DNA of 64,000 bases, taken from positions 43,455-107,454 of the IMG/VR virus record IMGVR_UViG_3300032242_002636. One strand, written 5' to 3'. The DNA is from a virus. Each line of letters begins with the position of its first letter. Within the stretch, counting starts at the first letter, position 1. Below, piece after piece: positions 35,736 to 45,000 of this stretch. Position numbers and translations under genes: made by a program. The notes under the pieces are model-generated. The model was not told the origin of the DNA. It saw only the letters and a list, made by a program, of their open reading frames with translations, and made no database searches.

Positions 35736-38699
35736 CTATAAATAAACTGGTATATAACCAATATAATTTCCATTATAATCAAAAGCAGAAACACGTTTTG
35801 AGAATGTACCAAGTGTACCAGCAGTTCCTGTACAATTAAATGCAGGATTTGTCATAGTAACTCTACCTTGTGAACTTAAGTTATTAACATAGGTATAATT
35901 TACTTGTTTAGCACTTAAACCAGAACCTAATAAGAACGTATTGTCATAGTTTGTATAGTTAGCACAACCTCCAGCTATGAAGGAACAAGAACTATTATAG
36001 ATGTAATTGTTTTTTCCACTTGTAATATTTGAACTATCTACAGTACAATTATAAGCGTATATAGTATTACCATGTCCACTTATAATACTGGAATCAAGTA
36101 AAAAGCTTATAGGATACGAATAAGCAGAATTAGAATTATTATTACATAAAGTATTATTAGAACCACCAGAAATACCTAAATTGTTTATTGCACTATTTAG
36201 GTTAGCATTACATATAGTATTATAAGAACCACTAGTAATGTTTGAATTATAAAAATAACCACATGTTGCGCCTCCAGATATACTATTATGAGAGCCACCA
36301 CCTATACTTAGAAAAGAACCGGGATTATAATTACCAAAACCAGAAGAGTTTATTGAATTCGACTGACCACCTACAATACTTGAATACTCTGCATTAATTG
36401 TATTACCACCACCTCCTCCGATATTAGAAGCACCAAGATAAATTGTATTACCAGCACCACCCCCGATATTAGAATTACCACCAGAAACTGTATTAGCATT
36501 TCCACCAGCTATGTTGGAATAACCACCAGAAACTGTATTAGCCTTTCCACCAGCTATGTTGGAATAACCACTAAAAACTGTATTATTTTTACCACCAGCA
36601 ACATTAGAAGCACCACCACAATTAACTAAATTGCTTACACCACCTGCAATAAAAGAACAAGAAGCATTATAAATAAGATTACCATGACCACCTGCTATAC
36701 TAGAATCATTTATATTTCTATTTAAACCGCATATACTATTATTACAACCGCCAACTATAGATGTATTGGAAAGAGTGCCATAGTAACGAACAGAATTAAT
36801 ATTATTAGAACCACCTGCTATAAATGCATTTGAAAGATTGCTATTATTATAACCACAATTACTATTACCACAACCACCTGCTATCGATGTATTTGAAAGA
36901 GTGCTGCATAAACCAATACTATTAATATTATTACAACCACCAGCTATCGATGTATTTGAAAGAGTGGAGCAGTAACCACTATTACTATTACCAGATCCAC
37001 CTGCTATCGATGTATTTGAAAGAGTGGAGCAGTAGCAACCACTATTACTATTACCAGATCCACCAGCTATCGATGTATTTGAAAGAGTGGAGTAGCAACC
37101 ACTATTACTATTACCACAACCACCAGCTATCGATGTATTTGAAAGAGAACTACTAGCACTACAATTGGTATTACTTGAACCACCAGCGATATTTGAATAA
37201 AATATACCTCCACCACTGCTATTACTACAACTACTCGTGCTATTATTATAGCCACTGATAATACCTGAGCTATTTATACAGCTATAACAGGATTTTATAA
37301 TATTGTTACAGCCACCAGCAATATTTGAATTACAAATACAGCCATAATACGGGTATGTAAGTATTGTATTACTACTTCCCCCAGTAATATTTGAATTACA
37401 AATACTAGAATAATAAGCACTATTTGTAGCAATATTGCCACCACAAGTAGGTGTAATAATATTAGCACCTACACTAGTATTATATTGATATACAGATCCT
37501 GCAAAAGCATCACAAAGTAAATAACCAGTCGTTGCATCACAGGTTGCTACATTTGCACTACCAGTACTTGTTGCATATCCAGAGTTTGTTGCATATGTAG
37601 CACTAACAGCAGTACTAGCACTTGTTGCATATCTAGCACTAACAGCACTAACAGCAGTACTAGCACTTGTTGCATATCTAGCACTAACAGCACTAACAGC
37701 AGTACTAGCACTTGTTGCATATCTAGCACTAACAGCAGTACTAGCACTTGTTGCATATGTAGCACTAACAGCACTAACAGCAGTACTAGCACTTGTTGCA
37801 TATGTAGCATTTGTAGCATTTGCAACTGTTCCATTTAAAGAATAAATTGTACCACAAACACAAAGATCGTTTGTATAGGTTGTATTTGAAGCACCAGCTG
37901 TTATGCTTGATCCAAGAATAAAGGAATTATCGGCTGTATTTATTGTATTATTATGACCACCAGCAATAAATGAACAATTAGAATTATAGATTGAATTACT
38001 ATCACCACTTGCAATAGCTGAACCATTTGAAGAACCATAATAACTAGATATGGTATTATTATACCCACCAGCTATATTAGAATTATTTAAAGAACTACGA
38101 TAACAACCAGATATAGTATTATGAGAACCACCAGCTATATTAGAATTTTCAAAAAATACACAATCAGCGTTACTAGTAATTTTATTATTAGAACCACCAC
38201 CTATGTTTAAAGTACTTGAAACTCCCCAACTTATTGGTGAAGCAGTTATTAAATTATTTACACCGCCTACAATACTTGAATAATCTGTATTTACAATATT
38301 ACCACCGCCACCACCGATATTAGAAGCACCACCAGAAACTGTATTACCACCGCCGCCACCGATATTAGAAATTTCACCAGAAACTGTATTACTACATCCT
38401 CCTCCAATATGAGAAGAATTACTGGCTGCATTATTTAAACCACCACCTATTGCTGAGTAATTTCCATAAGCATTATTATTATTACCACCAACTACATTGG
38501 CATATAATCCACCAGCTATATTAGATCCCTTTACTGGTTTAATAGAATTAGTACCAGAGCCAAAATTATAAACATTATCATTAAGCAAAGCAGATAAAGG
38601 AGTCTGATATGTGGTTCCTTGTATATTTGCTATAAGAACTGCACTACCCGATACTGTAAAATTATTAAATGGCAACTGACTAATTTTCTTTGTGGACAT
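35736..38699 (-). CDS. repeat-rich tail fibre/adhesin-like virion protein (start revised to MSTKK at 38699)
   Basis: N-terminal KKISQLP anchor-like motif; dozens of (S)xIxGGxxN beta-solenoid repeats; central Ala/Thr/Ser repeat; C-terminal GYIPVY; perfect TATAAATA 5 nt upstream. Confidence 0.75.
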   Translation of the reverse strand: MSTKKISQLPFNNFTVSGSAVLIANIQGTTYQTPLSALLNDNVYNFGSGTNSIKPVKGSNIAGGLYANVVGGNNNNAYGNYSAIGGGLNNAASNSSHIGGGCSNTVSGEISNIGGGGGNTVSGGASNIGGGGGNIVNTDYSSIVGGVNNLITASPISWGVSSTLNIGGGSNNKITSNADCVFFENSNIAGGSHNTISGCYRSSLNNSNIAGGYNNTISSYYGSSNGSAIASGDSNSIYNSNCSFIAGGHNNTINTADNSFILGSSITAGASNTTYTNDLCVCGTIYSLNGTVANATNATYATSASTAVSAVSATYATSASTAVSARYATSASTAVSAVSARYATSASTAVSAVSARYATSASTAVSATYATNSGYATSTGSANVATCDATTGYLLCDAFAGSVYQYNTSVGANIITPTCGGNIATNSAYYSSICNSNITGGSSNTILTYPYYGCICNSNIAGGCNNIIKSCYSCINSSGIISGYNNSTSSCSNSSGGGIFYSNIAGGSSNTNCSASSSLSNTSIAGGCGNSNSGCYSTLSNTSIAGGSGNSNSGCYCSTLSNTSIAGGSGNSNSGYCSTLSNTSIAGGCNNINSIGLCSTLSNTSIAGGCGNSNCGYNNSNLSNAFIAGGSNNINSVRYYGTLSNTSIVGGCNNSICGLNRNINDSSIAGGHGNLIYNASCSFIAGGVSNLVNCGGASNVAGGKNNTVFSGYSNIAGGKANTVSGGYSNIAGGNANTVSGGNSNIGGGAGNTIYLGASNIGGGGGNTINAEYSSIVGGQSNSINSSGFGNYNPGSFLSIGGGSHNSISGGATCGYFYNSNITSGSYNTICNANLNSAINNLGISGGSNNTLCNNNSNSAYSYPISFLLDSSIISGHGNTIYAYNCTVDSSNITSGKNNYIYNSSCSFIAGGCANYTNYDNTFLLGSGLSAKQVNYTYVNNLSSQGRVTMTNPAFNCTGTAGTLGTFSKRVSAFDYNGNYIGYIPVYL
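36748..37147. repeat. in-frame 60/63-bp tandem repeat (TLSNTSIAGG units)
   Basis: Core CCACCWGCTATCGATGTATTTGAAAGAG at 36874, 36937, 36997, 37060 and 37120, with degenerate copies at 36748 and 36811. Confidence 0.9.
37567..37820. repeat. in-frame 36/45-bp tandem repeat (YATSASTAVSA[VSA])
   Basis: Near-perfect units GCACTTGTTGCATATSTAGCACTAACA(GCACTAACA)GCAGTACTA that differ by a 9-bp sub-repeat. Confidence 0.92.
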
Positions 38700-38704
38700 A
38701 AAGT

Positions 38705-38736
38705 TATTTATATTTATCTCAATAGGAAGGTAAATA
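38705..38736. promoter_or_regulatory. divergent late promoters TATAAATA (-, 38705-38712) and TAAATA (+, 38731-38736)
   Basis: Perfect T4 late consensus 5 nt before the fibre ATG; TAAATA 11 nt before ATG 38748. Confidence 0.65.
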
Positions 38737-38747
38737 GTCATAATCAA

Positions 38748-39092
38748 ATGAGCAAATTCTTAAAATTAATAAATTCCGTAATAATAGAACAGGGATTAAA
38801 TGAATTCCCTGAAAAGACTGATGATGCAGCAGAACCTAAATCTATGGATTCTGATATTCCTTCTGCACTTCCTGAACCTAAAGATATAGCATTAGACGTT
38901 GTAAAGTATAAAACACTTTTAAAGGCTCTCAGAGAAGCACTTTATAATTCAGCAAAAGATAATATTGAAAAACAAAGAGAGATTTCTAATATTGATGTTG
39001 ATGTTGATGATGTTGAAAAGCTCAAACAAGTTGAAGACCAACTTATGGGATTTTTAGATCAGTCAGAAACTATTCCTACAACACAAGAATAA
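38748..39092 (+). CDS. acidic hypothetical protein, candidate head-internal protein (start revised to MSKF at 38748)
   Basis: N-terminal KFLKLINSVIIE motif; late promoter upstream. Confidence 0.65.
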   Translation: MSKFLKLINSVIIEQGLNEFPEKTDDAAEPKSMDSDIPSALPEPKDIALDVVKYKTLLKALREALYNSAKDNIEKQREISNIDVDVDDVEKLKQVEDQLMGFLDQSETIPTTQE

Positions 39093-39093
39093 C

Positions 39094-39121
39094 TTGATTT
39101 TATTCATTTCTTTGGTAAAAT
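39094..39121 (+). promoter_or_regulatory. sigma70-type promoter
   Basis: TTGATT-N16-TAAAAT with extended TG, 6 nt before ATG 39128. Confidence 0.6.
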
Positions 39122-39127
39122 AGGGGA

Positions 39128-39400
39128 ATGAAGAATTATTCTGTAGAAAACTTAACCGAAGATCAACTTAGATTGGTAGTCGAAGCATTATTGTTTTCTG
39201 CCTCAACTTCTGTTAATGCACGTTGGTATTCAGAAGAGGATGAATCCTTGATGAAACTTGCTTTGGATCTCAGAAAAAAATATCCAGAAGTTCTTATGAA
39301 GAATATCTTCATTCTAAAAGAAAAGGAATATCATGATCAATTCGCAGGAGATATTGTTGATTATTTCCCTGAGATCGTAGAAACCGCACCAGTTTTATGA
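39128..39400 (+). CDS. hypothetical protein
   Basis: 90 aa, ATGA-coupled to the kinase gene. Confidence 0.7.
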   Translation: MKNYSVENLTEDQLRLVVEALLFSASTSVNARWYSEEDESLMKLALDLRKKYPEVLMKNIFILKEKEYHDQFAGDIVDYFPEIVETAPVL

Positions 39401-40038
39401 AAATAGCCGTATCAGGTACACATTGCCAAGGAAAAAGTACTTACATAAAAGACTTTTTGAAAACATGGACTAACTATAAGACACCAGAAAAGTCTTATAG
39501 AGATTACATCAAGGAACAAAACCTTCCACATTCTAAAGAAGGAACCGAAGAGAGTCAGCAGATTATTCTCAATGCTCTTCTTGATCAGGCACAGGAATAT
39601 TCAAAGAATGATAATGTCATTTTTGATCGTTGTATTCTTGATAATCTTGCCTATTCTTCTTGGCTTAATCTTAACGGAAAAGTTTCTGATAAATTCTTGG
39701 ATGAATCAAGAATCCTTATCCGTGAAGCACTCAAGACTTTTGATGTAATTTTCTTTGTTCCTCTTACAAAGGTTGCACCTGTAGAATTCAAAGAAGATGA
39801 TCTTCGTGACAATGATCTTGTCTACCGTGAGGAGATTGACAACATCTTTAAGGTATTTGTTCAGTCTTTCCATCAGGGAGACGGAAGAGTATTTGCTGCT
39901 GATGATGCTCCTCCTATCATTGAAATCTTTGGTAATCCTATTGAGCGTATTGAAATGACAAAGCTCTATATTACAGAAGAGGGACAGCCATATGGAGAAG
40001 ACAAGAGTTTAATTTCTGACATTTATACAGGTATCTAG
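39397..40038 (+). CDS. P-loop nucleoside/nucleotide kinase-like protein (AAA_28/NadR-like)
   Basis: IAVSGTHCQGKST; FDRCILDNLAY; D..R.....R lid. Confidence 0.8.
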   Translation: MKIAVSGTHCQGKSTYIKDFLKTWTNYKTPEKSYRDYIKEQNLPHSKEGTEESQQIILNALLDQAQEYSKNDNVIFDRCILDNLAYSSWLNLNGKVSDKFLDESRILIREALKTFDVIFFVPLTKVAPVEFKEDDLRDNDLVYREEIDNIFKVFVQSFHQGDGRVFAADDAPPIIEIFGNPIERIEMTKLYITEEGQPYGEDKSLISDIYTGI

Positions 40039-40040
40039 GA

Positions 40041-40046
40041 TAAATA
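40041..40046 (+). promoter_or_regulatory. candidate late promoter TAAATA
   Basis: In a 21-nt gap, 13 nt before ATG 40060. Confidence 0.5.
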
Positions 40047-40059
40047 TCATATATTATAT

Positions 40060-40839
40060 ATGAAATTTGATGTCTTAGCAGAAAGTATTATATCCTCCTT
40101 AGTAAACGAAGGTCGTTTAGCAAAGGCTTCTAAGTTTGCAAACATTTCTGTTGATGCAGAAAAGCTTGCAGAGAAGTTAAATGCTGGTGATTTTGAAATT
40201 CTAACAAAGGGATGGGCTGGTAATCCTAGATATGCAAGTCTTTCAGAAGACGAAATCAAGGATGTCATAAAAAACGTAGCTACTCAAATTACAGAGTATC
40301 AACCTTCTTCATACCAAGACTTAAATTCAACAATCGAAGGTGTTGTTGATAATGTTTATGCTAATAAAGGTCCAAATAGAAAGACCTATAATACCAGACT
40401 TACAAAGGCAATTGCAAATCTTATTACCCATAAAGAATATGGATTAGTTTCAATCGGTGAATCTCCAAAAACACAGGAGAATGAATACGATATCGAAGGT
40501 CTTTCACAAGTAGAATCTGCTGTTTTAGATTTTATTACACAGGCTGATGTACCAACAAACATCAAAGATGTTGAGACACAGTTTGCCAATGGAAGTGATA
40601 TCGTAGATTCCTTGGTAGAAAAGGGATTTGTAAAGAGAGAAGGTGATATCTTAACCGCTCCTGACAGTGAAGAAGGTGGTAAGGTATTGGATGTTGAAGA
40701 TGAGGACGAGGAAGATCCTCTAGAGGCAGAACCAGATGTTGCCAGAGCATATAGAAGTACAGTAGGAAATACAAGAAGCTACGATGATGACAATAGCGAT
40801 GATACTTCTATGGGATATGTCCCATCTTGGGAGAGATAA
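40060..40839 (+). CDS. acidic hypothetical protein with possible winged-helix domain; candidate head-internal protein
   Basis: N-terminal MKFDVLAESII...LVNE; LSQVESAVLDFI...VDSLVEKGFVKR is wHTH-like. Confidence 0.65.
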   Translation: MKFDVLAESIISSLVNEGRLAKASKFANISVDAEKLAEKLNAGDFEILTKGWAGNPRYASLSEDEIKDVIKNVATQITEYQPSSYQDLNSTIEGVVDNVYANKGPNRKTYNTRLTKAIANLITHKEYGLVSIGESPKTQENEYDIEGLSQVESAVLDFITQADVPTNIKDVETQFANGSDIVDSLVEKGFVKREGDILTAPDSEEGGKVLDVEDEDEEDPLEAEPDVARAYRSTVGNTRSYDDDNSDDTSMGYVPSWER

Positions 40840-40846
40840 AAAAACT

Positions 40847-40874
40847 TTGACATTTCAGTAGTTTTTAGTATACT
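40847..40874 (+). promoter_or_regulatory. sigma70-type promoter for primase
   Basis: TTGACA-N16-TATACT, 6 nt before GTG 40881. Confidence 0.7.
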
Positions 40875-40880
40875 GGTTTA

Positions 40881-41837
40881 GTGAATCAGATACCTTCAAA
40901 CTATCTTTTAGAGAAGTTTTACACTTATGCAGGTGCTCCTTCTTATAATAAGTTTACAAAGGTATATTGTGGATCTTGTCCTGTCTGTAGGGAAGGAAAA
41001 AGCTGGTTAAAGAAGAAGAGATTATTCTTTTATCCTACTACCAATAGCTTTTATTGTTTTAATTGTACTAAATCATGGAATTCATATACATGGTTGTATG
41101 CTGTAACAGGAATGACCAAAGAAGAAATCCATGCAGAAGTACGTTCTGGTGATTCTTCTCGTGATATCTCACAAGAGATAAACAAAAAGAAGACGTTCAA
41201 TCGTCAATCAATGCTTCTTCCTCATGATTCTATCAATTTAAATGAATTACAGCAGAGATCATATTATGGATCTAATGTATATGTTAAAGCAGCATTGGGA
41301 TATATTGAAAGAAGAAAGTTAAATACGGCAGTAAATCGAAATCCAGCTTATTATATAAGCTTAACTGATAATTTTCATAGTAATAGACTTTGTATTCCTT
41401 ACTATGATACGGATAAGAAGATAGTTTTTTATCAGACTCGTTCCTTGGATGGTACTGAACCTCGTTATCTAAATAAGGTAGGATGTGATAAGACTCTATT
41501 TGGTATTGAGCGAATAGATCCTAACCTAGATTATATATTCTTATTTGAAGGACCAATTGATGCAATGATGGTAAAGAATGGTGTTGCTGTAGCAGGGCTT
41601 ACGTTAACCGAATCTCAAAAAAGACAACTCGCACAATTCCCTTTTCATCAAAAGATATGGGTTTTGGATAATCCTAAAATGGATAAAGCAGCTAGTGATA
41701 ATACCAAAAAAATAACTATCGAAGGAGAGAAGGTATTTAGATGGCTAGACAAGCCATATAAAGACTTTAATGAATGGGCTGTGGCAGAAAATCTTAATGA
41801 AATTGACTATAATATTATTATAGAAAATTTATATTAA
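40881..41837 (+). CDS. 61: DNA primase (gp61-like)
   Basis: Zn finger CPVC...CFNC; RLCIP; YQTR; RY; TOPRIM FEGPIDAM; LDN; KDFNE. Confidence 0.93.
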   Translation: MNQIPSNYLLEKFYTYAGAPSYNKFTKVYCGSCPVCREGKSWLKKKRLFFYPTTNSFYCFNCTKSWNSYTWLYAVTGMTKEEIHAEVRSGDSSRDISQEINKKKTFNRQSMLLPHDSINLNELQQRSYYGSNVYVKAALGYIERRKLNTAVNRNPAYYISLTDNFHSNRLCIPYYDTDKKIVFYQTRSLDGTEPRYLNKVGCDKTLFGIERIDPNLDYIFLFEGPIDAMMVKNGVAVAGLTLTESQKRQLAQFPFHQKIWVLDNPKMDKAASDNTKKITIEGEKVFRWLDKPYKDFNEWAVAENLNEIDYNIIIENLY

Positions 41838-42487
41838 GCACTCTTTAGGTTTTCAGAATCTCGTAGCTTTTTTGGAGCCATGATAATGAATGAATTAAGA
41901 ACTTCTTTAAGTTTCTCAATTTCACCAGCGATACGAGTGATAGAATCAGAAGCCTTACGAGTTACACCACGGAGTAAACTTCCTGCCTTGTCGTTATCAG
42001 CAAGGATTTTGTGAAGTGATTCGGTTGAAGGATCATTTAAGAATTCAGCGAATTCATTGAGCTTACCAGACCAATCCTTGATCTTCTTGATACTTTCTGT
42101 TGAAATGTTAGGATCAAGACCTTCTATATCAAAGTTTTCTTTGTCTGTTTCTGGTTCTAATGATTTATCGAAATCTGCTTTTGTAGCATCAGGAGTAAAG
42201 TCTTTAGGAGCCTTTTGTTCTTCATCAGCAATATTTTCAGATGGAATATCAGCAACTTCCTCATCAGCTTCTTTTAAGAGATGAGAATAAAAACTACGAA
42301 CGAAGGGAAGATCCGCTTCAGTTAGATTTTGCTTCTTGATTATAGATTCGATGGATTCTTTCATATGTGGATTAGGAATTGGTAATATATTACTTACTAA
42401 AATTCTACTTATCTCCTTCTTTGCCTTTTTGCATACAGGAGGAATAGTTGTTTTAGGGCTTTTTAACTTGATTTTCTTCTTAGCCAT
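41834..42487 (-). CDS. hypothetical protein (basic N-terminus, acidic middle, helical C-terminus)
   Basis: 217 aa ORF preceded by TAAATATAAGTA. Confidence 0.7.
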   Translation of the reverse strand: MAKKKIKLKSPKTTIPPVCKKAKKEISRILVSNILPIPNPHMKESIESIIKKQNLTEADLPFVRSFYSHLLKEADEEVADIPSENIADEEQKAPKDFTPDATKADFDKSLEPETDKENFDIEGLDPNISTESIKKIKDWSGKLNEFAEFLNDPSTESLHKILADNDKAGSLLRGVTRKASDSITRIAGEIEKLKEVLNSFIIMAPKKLRDSENLKSA

Positions 42488-42496
42488 GCGATAATA

Positions 42497-42508
42497 TACT
42501 TATATTTA
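42497..42508 (-). promoter_or_regulatory. tandem candidate late promoters TAAATA-TAAGTA
   Basis: 9 nt before ATG 42487. Confidence 0.45.
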
Positions 42509-42536
42509 CTCCAAAATAGTTTAAATTATATAAAAT

Positions 42537-43208
42537 ATGAATGAAGAATATAAATTTATTATTGCAACACCACATTCTAGACAAGAATTTGCAGAAAAAA
42601 GTGCCATAGCCATTACTTTAGACAAATTAGGAATAGTTGCTGAGGTTCTTTATGACAATAAAGAAGGCTTAACAAAGATTTATAACAGATATATAACCGA
42701 AGAATACAGAGGCAAAAAGCTAATTTTTGTACATGATGATGTACTCATAGAAGATTTATTCCTTATAGACAAGCTTAATCTGGCTTTTGAGAAGTTTGAT
42801 GTTGTTGGATTAGCTGGAGCAAAGCAATGCGATCTAAATGCACCTATGATGGCATGGCATTTAATGGCTCCTAAAGAGAGTTATGTAGGTGAGGTAGCTC
42901 ATAGCAAGGATGGAATAAACTGGACAACAGTTTTTGGACAAACTCCATCAAGAGCATTGATGATTGATGGTCTTTTTATTGCTGTTAATGTTGGTAAATT
43001 ACTTGATACCAACACTCGTTTTGATGAAGATTTTGATTTTCATCATTATGATATATCATTCTGCTTGATTGCTAATAGAAATAAGCTTAAGATAGGTGTA
43101 TATCCAATCAGAGTTGTACATTTTGGTTTGGGAGACAGTATGATGTCACCTGAATGGAATAAAAGCCAAGTTATATTCAAAAACAAGTATTCTAAATTAA
43201 CAAATTAA
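42537..43208 (+). CDS. GT-A glycosyltransferase-like protein (Glyco_tranf_2_5-like)
   Basis: GLTKIYN; FVHDDV; VVGLAG; IDGLFIAV; FDEDFDFHHYDISFC; VVH.G.G. Confidence 0.85.
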   Translation: MNEEYKFIIATPHSRQEFAEKSAIAITLDKLGIVAEVLYDNKEGLTKIYNRYITEEYRGKKLIFVHDDVLIEDLFLIDKLNLAFEKFDVVGLAGAKQCDLNAPMMAWHLMAPKESYVGEVAHSKDGINWTTVFGQTPSRALMIDGLFIAVNVGKLLDTNTRFDEDFDFHHYDISFCLIANRNKLKIGVYPIRVVHFGLGDSMMSPEWNKSQVIFKNKYSKLTN

Positions 43209-43600
43209 TGGTAAAGAAGTCATTTAATAACGATCTTTTTGGGTATCTTGATTGGATACTAAAAAAAAGAGGAGCAGAACCTTCTGAACAGAGTATTCCT
43301 TATCCTTTTTTAGTCAATAGATGGCTTTCTATGGCAGATCCTTTAATAGCACAAATAGTAAATGCTACTACAAATAAATGGATAGTAGAAAATGGCATTG
43401 CAACCGATGGTGTTATGATGGGAAAATTCTTTAGAGTAATTTTACCTAAGTTTACAGGGAAAATTAACTATATTAAAAAAGCATTTAAGGAAAAAGATCA
43501 CGAAGACTCTTCAAATATTGCACAAAATATGCAACTCTCTATTAGAGAAATAGAAATATACGAAAAAACACTTGCAGAAATTAAAAAGACTGTTAAATAA
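43208..43600 (+). CDS. 62: clamp loader small subunit (gp62-like)
   Basis: LFGYLDWI..K; YPFLVNRWLS; YIKK; ..S.RE...Y pattern. Confidence 0.65.
   Translation: MVKKSFNNDLFGYLDWILKKRGAEPSEQSIPYPFLVNRWLSMADPLIAQIVNATTNKWIVENGIATDGVMMGKFFRVILPKFTGKINYIKKAFKEKDHEDSSNIAQNMQLSIREIEIYEKTLAEIKKTVK
43594..43599 (+). promoter_or_regulatory. candidate late promoter TAAATA
   Basis: 6 nt before the cochaperonin ATG. Confidence 0.5.
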
Positions 43601-43605
43601 AACAT

Positions 43606-44019
43606 ATGATACAAAGACCCGAATTAGAAGATAGAATTGGTGGATTAGTGCAGATTGATGACTATAAAGGAAGTAACTTTGAGTTAGATGGATGGGAACT
43701 GACATCAGTATTAGATGATATTTTAATGGTTCAGTTCGTTGATATCAACGAAGATGGTGATATGGTAAAGCGTGGAAGCATGTGGGTTCCTATTAATGCT
43801 GTAAATCATGTATGGAGAATCGGTAGAGTGCTTTTAGCTGGACCAAATTGTAAAACAGTTAAGGAAGGAGATCATATAGTATTCCCTAATGACAGAGGAA
43901 TACAAGTTTCAAATCTTAATGGATTGAAACATATTGTCTTCTTGAATGAAGCAAGAATTTTTGGTATTTGCAAAACAAAAACTACCGAAGATACTGCTAA
44001 GAAGTCTAAGAAAAAGTAA
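43606..44019 (+). CDS. GroES/Cpn10-like cochaperonin (gp31 analogue)
   Basis: LDDILMV; GRVLLAGP; VKEGDHIVFP; FLNEARIFG. Confidence 0.8.
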   Translation: MIQRPELEDRIGGLVQIDDYKGSNFELDGWELTSVLDDILMVQFVDINEDGDMVKRGSMWVPINAVNHVWRIGRVLLAGPNCKTVKEGDHIVFPNDRGIQVSNLNGLKHIVFLNEARIFGICKTKTTEDTAKKSKKK

Positions 44020-44403
44020 GTGAAATTATCTTGGGATGGTCTCTATAATTTATGTCAGGTAAACTTGGTTGAAATAAAGTTTACTAGAAGACTACAATTT
44101 ATAGGTAGACCTCCTTCCCGAAGAATGTTAGCTACTTTAGATGGACAATTATTAAATTCAAAAGAAGGAATGGAAATTTTAAATTTTAAACCACCGATGA
44201 GAAGTCCTGCCTATGATGCTAAATCAAAAGGACTATTAACTGTTTGGGATTTACTATTCCAAGATTGGAGAAACATTCCTGTTACTAATTGTGATGTTAT
44301 AGCAACGGTTCCTAGTAGACCTCCTGATAAATTTTGGGAATACTTTAACAAAGTTATTGGTAAAATGTCAGCAGCACAAAAAGCTGCATTTGTAGATAGA
44401 TGA
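44020..44403 (+). CDS. WYL_2/DUF2693-like small protein
   Basis: VEIKFTRR...RRMLATL...VWDL..QDWRNI pattern. Confidence 0.55.
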   Translation: MKLSWDGLYNLCQVNLVEIKFTRRLQFIGRPPSRRMLATLDGQLLNSKEGMEILNFKPPMRSPAYDAKSKGLLTVWDLLFQDWRNIPVTNCDVIATVPSRPPDKFWEYFNKVIGKMSAAQKAAFVDR

Positions 44404-44759
44404 ATATTACCAAAACTCCAATTGAAGAAGCTTGTAAGTTTTTGTTGCAAAAAACTATGACTCTGGAACTTAATAATAAAGTTCATAAGCAGGGAAAATT
44501 GATTCTTTTTTATCAAAAGAATTTTTACTTGACTTTTATTATGGATACTGTTAAAAAGAAGAAAGAAAAGATAGAAATACCCATTCCTTTTGAGGTAGAA
44601 ATACATGAAGAAGATAACTTGGTATATTTCGATTATAGATTGAAAACGCTTGCCAAACATGCTCCTGAAGTAGAAAATTACCTCAAAGTATATTCATCAA
44701 AGAAAACCTCAAACAAATTTTGGAATGCAATTTTGACAATAGATGCAAAACTCAAATAA
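44400..44759 (+). CDS. hypothetical protein
   Basis: 119 aa, ATGA-coupled within the operon. Confidence 0.7.
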   Translation: MNITKTPIEEACKFLLQKTMTLELNNKVHKQGKLILFYQKNFYLTFIMDTVKKKKEKIEIPIPFEVEIHEEDNLVYFDYRLKTLAKHAPEVENYLKVYSSKKTSNKFWNAILTIDAKLK

Positions 44760-45000
44760 AATGTTAATGTATAGTGTTTTTTCTGGAAATTTTTATGATA
44801 TTCCAGAAAAAGATTTTCCCTTAATGGATGTAGGTCAGCTTCCTTTAATCAAAAAGCCTTCCTCTAATTGTCCTAAATGCCACGGAAGAGGACATACAGG
44901 TAGAGATACACAAACATTTGGATATTCTGTATGTTCTTGTGTACGAAAGGTGATAAACCATGATATAATTAGACATGCTGAAAACATTACCATTGGTTGA
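44743..45000 (+). CDS. small Zn-finger protein
   Basis: CPKCHGRG...CSCV. Confidence 0.65.
   Translation: MQNSNKMLMYSVFSGNFYDIPEKDFPLMDVGQLPLIKKPSSNCPKCHGRGHTGRDTQTFGYSVCSCVRKVINHDIIRHAENITIG

Noticed and set aside
36874-37147. CRISPR-like array: 28-bp repeats ending TTGAAAGAG with 32-35 bp spacers
   Set aside because: Periods are 60/63 bp (multiples of 3) inside an intact ORF, the spacers resemble each other, the variable repeat base is a synonymous codon position, and there is no leader or cas gene.
36748-37820. Diversity-generating retroelement TR/VR pair in the fibre gene
   Set aside because: The repeats are tandem and coding, differences are not adenine-specific, and no reverse transcriptase is in the window.
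36950-37834. Repetitive ORFs 36950..37156 (+) and 37547..37834 (-)
   Set aside because: They are shadow frames created by the tandem repeats of the fibre gene.
39122-39127. AGGGGA as a Shine-Dalgarno site for ORF 39128
   Set aside because: It abuts the ATG with no spacing and lies between the -10 box and the predicted start site.
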